From positions 1 through 64,000 of the forward strand of contig CAVPSJ010000016.1 of assembly GCA_963708295.1 (NCBI GenBank): a DNA stretch of 64,000 nt, written 5' to 3'. The position numbers were made by a program, and so were the translations under genes. Below are positions 43,229 to 52,754 of this stretch, in pieces. The notes under the pieces were generated by a model. That model saw only the letters and a list, made by a program, of their open reading frames with translations, was not told where the DNA came from and did no database searches. The stretch's first letter is position 1. Every line of letters starts with the position of its first letter. The DNA is from an uncultured delta proteobacterium (lineage in GTDB: Bacteria > Desulfobacterota > BSN033 > UBA1163).

Positions 43229-43306
43229 GAAAAATCCAGAACCTGATTTTCGGCAAACCCAAGCCGTAGTTCAGACTGAAGTCCAGTACACAATTTTCCT
43301 TAAGTA

Positions 43307-43322
43307 AGCAAAATAAATGCCA
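43307..43322 (-). promoter_or_regulatory. sigma54 (-24/-12) promoter
   Basis: TGGCAT-TTATT-TTGCT, with an AT-rich tract and a TGTCAAATTTTTGAT near-palindrome upstream. Confidence 0.75.
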
Positions 43323-43466
43323 GTTTTGTTTTGGGCTTAATTGGTTGAAATTATTTATTTTTAGAAATATTTTGTTTCTTGTTTTCCGCAAGAAGGTGTC
43401 AAATTTTTGATCGATGGTCATAAAATGTCCATGTTTCACAATTATCGGGCAGATCCAGTCATCATG

Positions 43467-44246
43467 TTAATTTCCGGTCCTTGTACCCTGTTTCACATGG
43501 TCCAGAATACCTCTCATGGCGGAGCCGGCCTGACCATGAACGACGAGATCTGCCATGTCATCGTAAGGAGTTGGGTCACGGTTGATGATCACCAATTTTG
43601 CTCCACTTCTCTTGGCCACCAAAGGCATGGACGCGGCGGGCTGGACAACCAGTGAGGAACCGATCACAATGAAGAGGTCGCAGAGCGAGGATCGATGATA
43701 AGCTTCCTCTGTTTCTCTTTCCGGCATCGATTGGCCAAATGAGATGGTGGCGGGTTTGAGAAGGCCGCCGCAGTCGTCGCAGCGGGGTGCCTTCTGTCCG
43801 GCTTTTATTCGTTCTTGGATTTCATTTCGATCATATCTCTTCTTACAGCTCAAACACGAGACGAATATGGCCGTCCCGTGAAGTTGAATCACTTTTTCTT
43901 CGGAGTTTCCAGCCTTAAAATGAAGACCATCGATGTTCTGAGTAATCACACAGTCGAGCTTACCGAGTCTCTCCAATTCGGCTATGGCGAGATGGGCCTC
44001 ATTCGGCCGGGCAATTTTTATCGGTTCGTACATTTCCGTCGCCATCTGCCAATATTTTTCCCGGGAGGCTTCACTTTCAAGGAAATTCTGAAAATAGAAA
44101 TCCTCCGGATTGTATCGGTCCCACACTCCCCCCGGGCTGCGGAAATCCGGAATCCCGGATTCCGTGCTGAGACCGGCTCCCGAAAAAACGATCAGTCTTT
44201 GAGCGGACTCAATCCACTGGGCCACTTTTCTTAGTTTATCTTCCAT
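43467..44246 (-). CDS. cobB: NAD-dependent protein deacylase (Sir2)
   Basis: GAGLSTESGIPDFR, TQNIDGLH, HG, two CxxC, GSSLVVQPA; ATG at 44246. Confidence 0.93.
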   Translation of the reverse strand: MEDKLRKVAQWIESAQRLIVFSGAGLSTESGIPDFRSPGGVWDRYNPEDFYFQNFLESEASREKYWQMATEMYEPIKIARPNEAHLAIAELERLGKLDCVITQNIDGLHFKAGNSEEKVIQLHGTAIFVSCLSCKKRYDRNEIQERIKAGQKAPRCDDCGGLLKPATISFGQSMPERETEEAYHRSSLCDLFIVIGSSLVVQPAASMPLVAKRSGAKLVIINRDPTPYDDMADLVVHGQAGSAMRGILDHVKQGTRTGN

Positions 44247-44488
44247 TGGACACCCCCTTGCCTGGTATTCCCTGACTCCGAAATCCGAATATCGAAATCT
44301 CTGCCCTTGCTCCGCCGTGCGGGACTTCACGCAAACAGGCGAAACAAATTCGAATTTTCAAAATTCAAATCTCCAAAAAGTTTATCCGTTTCGAACATTT
44401 CGTATCTTGTGCTTCGAATTTATAAACGTCTATACCACACGCCGATCATGACTTGCAAGGTGAAGAGGGCATGTGATAAAATTTCATA

Positions 44489-45517
44489 ATGAAATGTAAT
44501 TTAATCAAGCAAGGATATCCCCAGGGAAACTGTTTTGTTGAGACTGAACAGGGGAAGTTTCTCGCCTGCGACGCTACTCTCAAAAAGACCGACAACGGCC
44601 TCCTCAGGCTGATCTCCGCCGCTCATCTCTCCCGTCCGGAAAATTACCTCTCCATCTACCAATCCGGTTGTATGTTCTCCTGTCGAAAATGTCACTCCTG
44701 GAATTTCACAAAAATTGCCAAGGGCGATTGGTGGTCTCCCGCTGACGTTTTGAAGGCCTGTAGGGAATATGAAAAGGAAGTCACGGTTCGGGAGCCTCGA
44801 AACAGGGCCACCGCCTTTCATGCCCACGATTCCTGCCGCGGTTGCGGGGCTTGTGTCATGCATGGAAAGCGGTCTTCCCTTTGTCCCAGAGTCATCGAGA
44901 AGAATGAAATCGTCTTGAGTCCTCAGGGATGGGGTCCTGCGCGCAATATCGTTGCCTTCACGGGAGGAGATCTGACCTGTTGCCCGGAGTACTATATCGC
45001 GTGCACTCGCCTCATCAAACAAGAAACCAAGCTCTGGGTACTGATCGAAACGAACGGTTATGGACTTACTCCTCAAAACCTCGATGCCTTCAAGGAGGCA
45101 GGGGTGGACTCGTTCTGGCTTGACCTCAAGGCCTACGACGGGACCGACCACAAATGGCTGACCGGCTGCTTCAACCGGAATATTCTCAAACTTCCGGGAG
45201 AGATCGTGAAAAGGGGTTTTGTTCTAGAAGTTCTCTCCCTCTACATTCCAAACCTCGTGGAGACGCCCCAGTTGAAAAAGATGGCCCAACTCATTTTTGA
45301 CGTCGATCCCGAGATTCCCTATACCCTGTCGGCTTTTTTCCCTGAATATCAGATGAAGCGGTACAAAAGCCCAAAGGTCTCCGAGATGATAGAGGCCTAC
45401 ATGGGAGTGAGGGCCGTCGGACTCAGGAACGTGAGACTGGGAAACACTGGAGTTTTCGCGTCGTCGGAGCAGGACTATGTTCTTTTGAAAAGAAAGGTGG
45501 CGGCGGGGGACTACTAG
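44489..45517 (+). CDS. Radical SAM protein, activating-enzyme-like, with a Cys-rich insertion
   Basis: CMFSCRKC, CRGCGAC...C, FTGGD, ETNG. Confidence 0.85.
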   Translation: MKCNLIKQGYPQGNCFVETEQGKFLACDATLKKTDNGLLRLISAAHLSRPENYLSIYQSGCMFSCRKCHSWNFTKIAKGDWWSPADVLKACREYEKEVTVREPRNRATAFHAHDSCRGCGACVMHGKRSSLCPRVIEKNEIVLSPQGWGPARNIVAFTGGDLTCCPEYYIACTRLIKQETKLWVLIETNGYGLTPQNLDAFKEAGVDSFWLDLKAYDGTDHKWLTGCFNRNILKLPGEIVKRGFVLEVLSLYIPNLVETPQLKKMAQLIFDVDPEIPYTLSAFFPEYQMKRYKSPKVSEMIEAYMGVRAVGLRNVRLGNTGVFASSEQDYVLLKRKVAAGDY

Positions 45518-45552
45518 GTGTGCTGAGTTGAAAATTGAAAGAAAGGGCGGGA

Positions 45553-47040
45553 ATGGAGCGGATTAAGAATTATATCAACGGGAAATGGGTTGGTTCCAAG
45601 TCTGGGGAGACTTTTCGATCGATCAACCCAGCCAATATAGACGACGTGGTCGGAGTCGTTTCGAGATCAGGCCGGGAAGATGTGGATCAAGCCGTCCGGG
45701 CCGCGCAAGGGGCCTATGACGCGTGGCGGCTCACCCCGGCCCCGCGTCGAGGTGAGATCCTGTTCAGGGCTGCGGAGATTCTGTTGCGAAATAAGGAGTC
45801 TCTGGGAAAGATGGAAACGCGGGAAATGGGGAAAATTCTTTCGGAAGGCCTGGGCGATGTCCAGGAGGCCATTGACATGGGTTACTACATGGCCGGAGAG
45901 GGAAGGAGACTTTCCGGGGAGACGGTTCCCTCCGAACTGTCCCATAAGGATATGAAATCCGTTCGCGTTCCCGTCGGGGTGTTCGGTTTGATTACTCCGT
46001 GGAATTTTCCTATGGCCATCCCAGCCTGGAAGGTTTTTCCGGCTCTGATCTGCGGGAATACGGTCGTCTTCAAACCTTCCAGTGACACGCCTGTATGCGC
46101 CGCGAAGTTCGTGGAAGCGTTGGTGGAAGCGGGTTTGCCCAAAGGGGTTCTTAACCTCTTTCATGGGCCAGGAGGAGAAGCAGGGGAATATCTGGTGAGC
46201 CATCCGGGAGTGGATGCCGTTTCCTTCACCGGTTCTTTTGATACCGGGAAGCGGCTCGAAGCAATCTGTGGAGCCATCCATCGGACGATCGCGACGGAGA
46301 TGGGTGGAAAGAACGCAATCATTGTCATGGACGATGCGAATCTCGATTTGGCCGTGGAGGGGGCTGTCTGGGGCGGTTTCGGAACGACCGGCCAGCGGTG
46401 CACGGCTGCCAGTCGAATCGTTGCGCACAGGAAGGTCTACCGGAAATTCATCGAAAGGTTTAAGACTGCCGCCTCCCGCCTCAAACTGGGAGACGGTCTT
46501 CAAAAAGAGACGGACATGGGTCCGGTGATCAACGAATCTCAGTTCAACAAGATTCTTAGATACATCGAGATCGGGAGGAGCGAAGGCGCGAAGCTCATCT
46601 TAGGAGGGAAGGCCTGCCGGAAGGGCAATTGCTCCAAAGGGTATTTCATCGAACCCACGATTTTTATCGATGTCACCCCTGAGATGCGGATTGCCCGGGA
46701 GGAAATTTTTGGACCGGTTGTTTCAGTGATCAAGGCAGAAAACCTTGAGGACGCCGTTCAGATCGTCAATCGCACGTCCTACGGACTTTCCTCCTCGATC
46801 TACACTCAGAACGTCAATGCATCGGCCATCGCAGAGAGAGATCTGGACACAGGAATCGTGTACATCAATGCCTCCACCATCGGCGCGGAAATCCAGCTTC
46901 CTTTTGGAGGGATCAAGCATTCGGGCTATGGAAGGAAGGAGGCAGGAGGTCGAGGAGGCGCCTTGGACACCTACAGTCGATGGAAGGTGATCTACCGGGA
47001 TTTCAGCGGTCGTCTTCAGAAGGCGCAGATTGATAAGTAA
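45553..47040 (+). CDS. Aldehyde dehydrogenase
   Basis: ITPWNFP, FTGS, EMGGKN, GQRCTA, EEIFGPV. Confidence 0.95.
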   Translation: MERIKNYINGKWVGSKSGETFRSINPANIDDVVGVVSRSGREDVDQAVRAAQGAYDAWRLTPAPRRGEILFRAAEILLRNKESLGKMETREMGKILSEGLGDVQEAIDMGYYMAGEGRRLSGETVPSELSHKDMKSVRVPVGVFGLITPWNFPMAIPAWKVFPALICGNTVVFKPSSDTPVCAAKFVEALVEAGLPKGVLNLFHGPGGEAGEYLVSHPGVDAVSFTGSFDTGKRLEAICGAIHRTIATEMGGKNAIIVMDDANLDLAVEGAVWGGFGTTGQRCTAASRIVAHRKVYRKFIERFKTAASRLKLGDGLQKETDMGPVINESQFNKILRYIEIGRSEGAKLILGGKACRKGNCSKGYFIEPTIFIDVTPEMRIAREEIFGPVVSVIKAENLEDAVQIVNRTSYGLSSSIYTQNVNASAIAERDLDTGIVYINASTIGAEIQLPFGGIKHSGYGRKEAGGRGGALDTYSRWKVIYRDFSGRLQKAQIDK

Positions 47041-47180
47041 ATGGAGTAATGGAGTGTTGGAATGATGGAACAATGGGTCCCAAACGTAATGCCTAATACC
47101 TGTCCGAATCTTGGAGATCTCTTAATAAAGAATAAGAACTTTTTAATCCAATACTCCGATACTCCATTATTCCAATACAC
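47041..47180. repeat. Inverted array of degenerate 8-mers
   Basis: ATGGAGTAATGGAGTGTTGGAATGATGG...CCAATACTCCGATACTCCATTATTCCA. Confidence 0.75.
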
Positions 47181-47261
47181 CCTTATGCCAACAAAGGGTT
47201 GAATCTTTGTCAGTGGTATGATAATGAAAATCCAAGGCTTGTGTTCTTAAGGGGAGGTCTC

Positions 47262-48629
47262 ATGGATAAGAAAGTCCTCATCGTGGATGATGAGGAGAGA
47301 GTTGTGGAATCGATCGCAGGCGTCCTGGAGGACGAAGGCTTCCGGGTCGCTACGGCGAGGAGCGGAGAAGACGCGATTCGAGCCTTCGAGCAGGAAAAGC
47401 CGGATGTCACCCTTCTCGACATCTGGATGCCCGGGATGGATGGCATCGAGATATTGAAACGACTCAAAGGGATTGCCCCGGAGTGCCAGGTCATCATGAT
47501 CTCCGGTCATGCAACGATCTCTACTGCCATGACCTCCGTGAAATTAGGGGCCTTTGACTTCATTGAAAAGCCTCTTTCCCTCGATGTGCTTCTGCTCACC
47601 ATTCGTCGAGCCCTCGATCGTCAGGAGAACTTATCATCCGTCGAGGGATCGGAAACAAGGGTCGGCCAGGAGCCTCTTCAAGACCGGAAGATTTCTCCGG
47701 AGGAGATCGTTGGCGAGCCTCCTGTTCCTCCATCTGAGTTGCTGCGCCAGGCCATTCCCGTGGCGAAGGAGGCTGCCAGAAGAAAAGGAACCTCTTCGTT
47801 GCCTCAGCGTACCCTGAGACAGAGTATGGTGCTTTATGGAACCGGACTCCATTCTGGAAAGAAGACAGGACTTCTTCTCCAACCCCTTCCCCCGCATAGT
47901 GGAATTCTCTTTGGAAGCATCTCGTCGGATGAGGTGGTTCCTGCCCATCTGGATTTTGTTCAGACGACCGATTTTGCCACCTCGCTGAAGAGGGGAAGTG
48001 CCATTGCCAAGACGGTCGAGCATCTTATGGCGGTGTTGCACGCCTATCATGTCAGCAACCTGATGGTGAAGATGATCGAAGAGATTCCGATCATGGACGG
48101 GTCTGCCTCGGAGTTCTGCAAAATGATAGAAGAGGCAGGGATAGAGGAACAGGAAGAGAAGGTTAATGAATTGATCATTGATCGAAAAATGGAAATTATT
48201 CACAAACAGAAGTCCCTCATTATCGAGCCAGCGGAGAACTTCTCGATTCACTTCTTTCTGGACTACCCGCCGCCTATTGGGCAGCAGACCCTGGACTTTG
48301 TCCTGGAGAGCGAGGAGGTCTTTAAGGATCAAATCGCTCCGGCGAGAACCTTTGGTTTTGTCAAAGATATAGAGATGCTCAATCGGATGGGATTAGCAGG
48401 AGGAGGACGGCTTCATAATATTATCCTGGTAGATGATGAGAAGATCGTCAACACTGAGCTTCGATTTCCGGATGAATTTGTAAGGCATAAAATTCTCGAT
48501 TTGATCGGTGATTTCTATCTCCTCAATCGCCCGATTCGGGGGAAGGTGACCGCCCATTTAACCGGCCACACGGAAAACATCGCCCTGATGAAGAAGATTC
48601 AGGAAGCGGCAAGAGAGAAGGAACGGTGA
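47262..48629 (+). CDS. lpxC: Response-regulator receiver domain fused to UDP-3-O-acyl-GlcNAc deacetylase
   Basis: Receiver: VDDE, LDIWMPGMDG, ISGH, EKP. LpxC: GTGLHSG, TVEHLMA, IPIMDGS, APARTFG, HKILDLIGD, GH. Single uninterrupted frame. Confidence 0.92.
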   Translation: MDKKVLIVDDEERVVESIAGVLEDEGFRVATARSGEDAIRAFEQEKPDVTLLDIWMPGMDGIEILKRLKGIAPECQVIMISGHATISTAMTSVKLGAFDFIEKPLSLDVLLLTIRRALDRQENLSSVEGSETRVGQEPLQDRKISPEEIVGEPPVPPSELLRQAIPVAKEAARRKGTSSLPQRTLRQSMVLYGTGLHSGKKTGLLLQPLPPHSGILFGSISSDEVVPAHLDFVQTTDFATSLKRGSAIAKTVEHLMAVLHAYHVSNLMVKMIEEIPIMDGSASEFCKMIEEAGIEEQEEKVNELIIDRKMEIIHKQKSLIIEPAENFSIHFFLDYPPPIGQQTLDFVLESEEVFKDQIAPARTFGFVKDIEMLNRMGLAGGGRLHNIILVDDEKIVNTELRFPDEFVRHKILDLIGDFYLLNRPIRGKVTAHLTGHTENIALMKKIQEAAREKER

Positions 48630-48657
48630 GAGGTCACTTTTCTCTTTGGAGGGAGAC

Positions 48658-49053
48658 ATGGCACAAGAAGAACGACCCCCGATGAAAGAATTCCTGGATA
48701 TGCTCGCGGATCTTCTGACCGAAAAGTATTTCGAACGGGTGGAAGAGCGAATCAAAAAGATCCCCGAACTCCGGAGATTGATCACGGCGAAAGAAGCAAG
48801 CCAGTATTTAAGCCTTTCCACAGATACCGTCTACCGAATGGCCGCGTTGAAGAAACTTCCCTACCTCAAGATCGGGGATCGGGTTCTTTTCGACGTCAAA
48901 GCCCTCGATCACTGGATTGAGAGGCATATGATCGGGGATAAGGAATGGAAGAAAGAAGAATCGAAGCCGGGGATCGAAAAGGAAAAGGCGAATACAAAAG
49001 CCTTGAAAGAATCCGACCTTCTTGACTTGCTCAAGAAAAAAGGAAAAGATTAG
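48658..49053 (+). CDS. Excisionase-like (HTH_17) DNA-binding protein
   Basis: LITAKEASQYLSLSTDTVYRM...LPYLKIGDRVLF...LDHWI. Confidence 0.8.
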   Translation: MAQEERPPMKEFLDMLADLLTEKYFERVEERIKKIPELRRLITAKEASQYLSLSTDTVYRMAALKKLPYLKIGDRVLFDVKALDHWIERHMIGDKEWKKEESKPGIEKEKANTKALKESDLLDLLKKKGKD

Positions 49054-49193
49054 GTCATCCAATCTTTATTCCCTTCGAGGATATCGCCTCTCAGACCAGC
49101 CCTTTGTTTTCTCCTTCCTTTTTGCTATTCTTATCGGATAAAATGTTTTTATCAACGCACAACTTTTTGATGAAGCGGCATAGAAGTCTGTAA

Positions 49194-50357
49194 ATGGGGA
49201 GGGAGACGGTGGATTATTTTCAATTAGAAGGATCTTTGAGTGAAGGAGAGAAAAACTTCAGAGATAAAGTCCGAAAATTTGTAGATGAAGAATGCATGCC
49301 CCTCATCGCTACGCATTTCGATAGCGGAGCTTTTCCCATGGATGTCATCCCCAGAATGGCGGAGATGGGTCTCTTCGGCATCCATATGGATGGATACGGT
49401 TGCACCAAAGCAAGTCATATGATTTATGGGTTGATCTGTCAGGAGCTGGGGCGTTGTGATAGCGGTCTCAGGGCCATGTTTTCAGTCCAGAATTCCTTGG
49501 TGATGTACCCGATCTATGCCTTCGGATCTGAAGAACAGAAAGGAAGATGGCTTCCCAAGATGGCACGAGGTGAGGTAATAGGCTGTTTCGGCCTCTCCGA
49601 ACCCGATTTTGGATCGGATCCTTCTGGAATGCAAACGAGAGCCGTGAAGCAAGGAAATCATTTCCTATTGAATGGAACCAAAATGTGGATTACCAATGGA
49701 TCCATTGCTCGCGTAGCAGTGGTCTGGGCGAAAATGGATGATGGAATCCGTGGGTTCCTGGTAGAGGAGGGCACTCCGGGGTTTCAGGAAACGCTCATCC
49801 AGAGAAAGTTTTCTTATCGAACTTCTCCCACTTCACTTCTTGTTCTCAAAGACTGCATCATTCCCGAAGAAAATCTCCTCCCTGGGACAAAGGGTTTGAA
49901 GTCAGTTTTAAGCTGCTTGAACTTTGCCCGTTACGGAGTGGCTTCCAGCGCGTTGGGTTCTGCTATCGCCTGCTATGAAGTTGCCGAGAGTTTTGCCCGC
50001 AAGAGAGAGGTCTTTGAAAAGCCGATTGCCTCCTATCAGCTTGTCCAGGAAAAGCTGGTGCAGATGGTTTTGGAAATTACCAAGGCGCAGTTGCTCACCC
50101 ACCATCTGGGCAGATTGTTGGATCAGCATCAAGCGAGACCTTCTCAGATCTCAATGGCTAAGCTGAACAATGTGAGAGAGGCGATGAAGATAGCGCGGAC
50201 GGCCAGGGATATTCTCGGGGCTCGGGGAATTCTGGCCGATCACCACGTCATTCGGCATCTCTGCGATCTCGAGGCCATGAGCACGCTGGAGGGGACGGAG
50301 AGTGTTCATACGCTGATCGTCGGCCAGGATATTACCGGCATTTCAGCTTTTCACTAG
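49194..50357 (+). CDS. Acyl-CoA dehydrogenase (glutaryl-CoA dehydrogenase-like)
   Basis: SVQNSL, CFGLSEPDFGSDP, GTKMWITNG, LEGTE. Confidence 0.9.
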   Translation: MGRETVDYFQLEGSLSEGEKNFRDKVRKFVDEECMPLIATHFDSGAFPMDVIPRMAEMGLFGIHMDGYGCTKASHMIYGLICQELGRCDSGLRAMFSVQNSLVMYPIYAFGSEEQKGRWLPKMARGEVIGCFGLSEPDFGSDPSGMQTRAVKQGNHFLLNGTKMWITNGSIARVAVVWAKMDDGIRGFLVEEGTPGFQETLIQRKFSYRTSPTSLLVLKDCIIPEENLLPGTKGLKSVLSCLNFARYGVASSALGSAIACYEVAESFARKREVFEKPIASYQLVQEKLVQMVLEITKAQLLTHHLGRLLDQHQARPSQISMAKLNNVREAMKIARTARDILGARGILADHHVIRHLCDLEAMSTLEGTESVHTLIVGQDITGISAFH

Positions 50358-50363
50358 TAGAAG

Positions 50364-50513
50364 AGGCTGTTGAAAAACGCCCATCTGCTTCGTTTCCCTC
50401 ATCCTTCGTCATTGCAGCGTACCCTCAAGTACGCCTCATTCCTCAGGACTTCGGGAGCCTTGCATCTGGGCATTTTTGAGCAGCCTGAGGAATAGACACT
50501 TTTCCAGCAAGCT
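50364..50513. mobile_element. MITE, same end family as the element at 40019
   Basis: AGGCTGTTGAAAAACGCCCATCTGC...GCATCTGGGCATTTTTGAGCAGCCT. Confidence 0.7.
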
Positions 50514-50742
50514 GTTAATTCATTCGTTTGAGCAATATTCAAATTGAAGTCTGGAATAAGACCTTGACCTACGGAGTATGAATATCGGCATGGGTTGAAA
50601 ATTGAAAGCGTAAAAGTCAGGGTTTGATTATACAGGCATTGTCAAATGTAACGGGTATGGGGAAGCGGGGTTCGGGAATCTCGCCCCGCAATATATCATT
50701 TCTAACTCTAACGATAACCGGAAATAAGTGCGTGATAAAAGG

Positions 50743-51147
50743 TTACTTTTTTTCTGTTGGGTAATTTTCCTTAAGCCATTCTCCCCAACCGCCTTTGAGG
50801 GCATAAACCTTTGTGTATCCCATTTTTACCAGTTTTTGTGCCACACTGGCACTGGTTGCTTCCTGAGGTCAGGCACAGTAAAAAACGAGGGTTTTGTCCT
50901 TGGGATACTTGCTTGCCCAGGAATCAAAGGCTTTGGGATCTTCTCGAATAGCCCCTTTAATTTTCAAGTCACTATCTGTCCAGTCCTTGCCGTAGCGGAC
51001 ATCTATGATAAGCAAATCAAGGTTGCCCAGTCTCGCCTTGAGTTCGTCCTTTGTCATCCGAGGGGCATCTCCAGACTTCCCAAACATCGTGCAGCCCGCA
51101 ACCATGAAAAGAATTGATAGAGCGGCTAGGAGCAATCTCTTTTTCAT
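50743..51147 (-). CDS. Rhodanese-like lipoprotein with predicted selenocysteine (CAU; UGA 50871-50869)
   Basis: Lipobox VAGC; IIDVR, IKGA, LVFYCA-U-PQEATSASVA...YALKGGW.EW...YPTEKK*. Hairpin GTGCCA-GTG-TGGCAC 16 nt after the UGA. Confidence 0.85.
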
Positions 51148-51200
51148 CTTTTACCTCCCTGGATATCTCCTTGACGAATTGCAAAGTGTCTTATGCGATT

Positions 51201-51443
51201 TCACTTTTTTCGAAAGTGTCGTTCAAACAGTTCCTTGGCCTTCTGAAAACCTTCCTCGGTCATCCCAAGCGATTTTGCCTTACCGATAGGGTTGGAGATA
51301 TATCCTTTTTCGTGAAGCCTATTCATGGTGTCCCAGTCAAATCCTTTCCATACCCTTGCACCCAAACCCTCTTGTCTCTCATGGGTCACCAAATAGAGAA
51401 GCGCCAGCGTATATTCATCTATTTTATCCTGATCGTAATTCAT
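51201..51443 (-). CDS. Small winged-helix-like protein (DUF6429-like)
   Basis: GGAGG RBS; LALLYL...WKGFDWDTMNRLHEKGYI...KAKS..TEEG. Confidence 0.7.
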   Translation of the reverse strand: MNYDQDKIDEYTLALLYLVTHERQEGLGARVWKGFDWDTMNRLHEKGYISNPIGKAKSLGMTEEGFQKAKELFERHFRKK

Positions 51444-51474
51444 TCTTCCTCCTGCGGTGGTTGTTAGATGTATC

Positions 51475-51880
51475 CTATTCACTTAGTATTTCGCTCGTCC
51501 CGTCGGCGCCGAGCCTCACAACAACCATGTCGTCACCATGTTTGCAACGGTAATACTGTGCATTGGTATCGTCAGTTTTCACCTTAGTACAACTTTTTTC
51601 TATCTCCTTTGTGTCGCCAGGACGAAACCGAAACTTTACATTTACGCGCCCTACGTCAACTTTATGTCTTTCGTGTATATCGTAGGCGGACCTAGGAATG
51701 AAGCTTGGCACCCAGCCTTTACCAATGAGTTCCGATTCTTCGAGTTGTTCGATATGTCTCAAAGTGAGATTCAGCAAGTTTCTAAGTATCCAAATAGCCA
51801 ACCGCTCCGACAAATATGACTACCATTCCGACAAGTATTGCTACCAGCGTGAATAGGATGAAGCTGCATCGTTTTCATAC
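51475..51880 (-). pseudogene. AT-rich hypothetical membrane-anchored protein, frameshifted N-terminus
   Basis: Hydrophobic FILFTLVAILVGMVVIFV in another frame, then KGWVPSFIPRSAYDIHERH; ATCTAAC just after the stop. Confidence 0.45.
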
Positions 51881-52298
51881 ATCCGACAATAGTTGGACTG
51901 CAAGTCTGTACTTTCCTCAGATCTCTATGCTTACCCATTGGTTTTGTCAAACAGATTTTGGAAGATTTATGAAACTTCGATCTCCGGAAACTGCGAAAGA
52001 ATCCGAAATAGAATACCAGACCCTCATAATCGGATATGAGTAAAATCTTCACCCCTGCCTCGCCGAAGCGGCTTCTTGCAGGCTATGTAAGCTCTCTTAT
52101 GCAGAACAATAAGAGGGGAAGATTCCTCCTTTTTGCAAAGGGAGGCCAGGAGGGATTTAGCTTCCAGTGTCTACACAATTACGACCTTGCGGACACTGTT
52201 GCAACCTAAACTAATTCATCGAAACCGAGAGGGTTGACTCAAGGCCTTTGATATAATAGAAAAGAAAGTAGAGGAACTTTTGAAAGGAGGAAACTGGA

Positions 52299-52739
52299 AT
52301 GCAATCACTTACTCTTGAGGCTGCCGACCTCATTGCCAACAAATCCCTGGAAAAAGGAAGAGCTTTAGGTTTTGCTCCGCTGACGGTTGTGATCCTCGAC
52401 GCAGGAGGACAGATCAAAGTCATCAAGCGAGAAGATGGTTCGAGCTTGCTTCGATCGGACATCGCCATGGGGAAAGCTTGGGGTGTCCTCGGAATGGGAT
52501 TTGGCGGCCGGGAGCTTGCCCGACGGGCAGCCAAAATGCCTACGTTCTTCAATGCCCTTTCCGACCTATCAGGCGGCAAGATGGTTCCCGTGCCGGGAGG
52601 CGTCCTGATTCGCTCTGCCTCCGGGGATATCATCGGATCCGTCGGGATCAGCGGCGACACCTCCGATAACGACGAAACGTGTGCGGTTTATGGAATCAAA
52701 TCTGCGGGCCTTACCCCGGATACAGGCGATAAAGAGTAG
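52299..52739 (+). CDS. GlcG/HbpS-family heme-binding protein
   Basis: VVILDAGG, REDG, IAMGKAW, PGGVLI, VGISG...DE.CA. Confidence 0.9.
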   Translation: MQSLTLEAADLIANKSLEKGRALGFAPLTVVILDAGGQIKVIKREDGSSLLRSDIAMGKAWGVLGMGFGGRELARRAAKMPTFFNALSDLSGGKMVPVPGGVLIRSASGDIIGSVGISGDTSDNDETCAVYGIKSAGLTPDTGDKE

Positions 52740-52754
52740 GTCGGGTCGGGAAGG

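Noticed and set aside
43467-44246. Sir2 protein as an anti-phage NADase
   Set aside because: It has canonical CobB length with a zinc-binding insert and no defence partner genes.
45667-46503. Long antisense or alternate-frame ORFs (also 26755-27618, 47634-48332, 54543-55433 and others)
   Set aside because: Shadows of well-supported genes with no recognisable motifs.
20720-47180. Repeat arrays as a possible CRISPR
   Set aside because: Units are 7-9 nt, degenerate and lack unique spacers; there are no cas genes.
48627-48660. Possible UGA readthrough from lpxC into the HTH gene
   Set aside because: The downstream ATG is out of frame, the LpxC domain is already complete, and the UGA is not at a Cys position.
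48658-49053. Excisionase-like gene as a prophage or ICE marker
   Set aside because: No integrase, att/tRNA site or phage genes; it appears operonic with lpxC.
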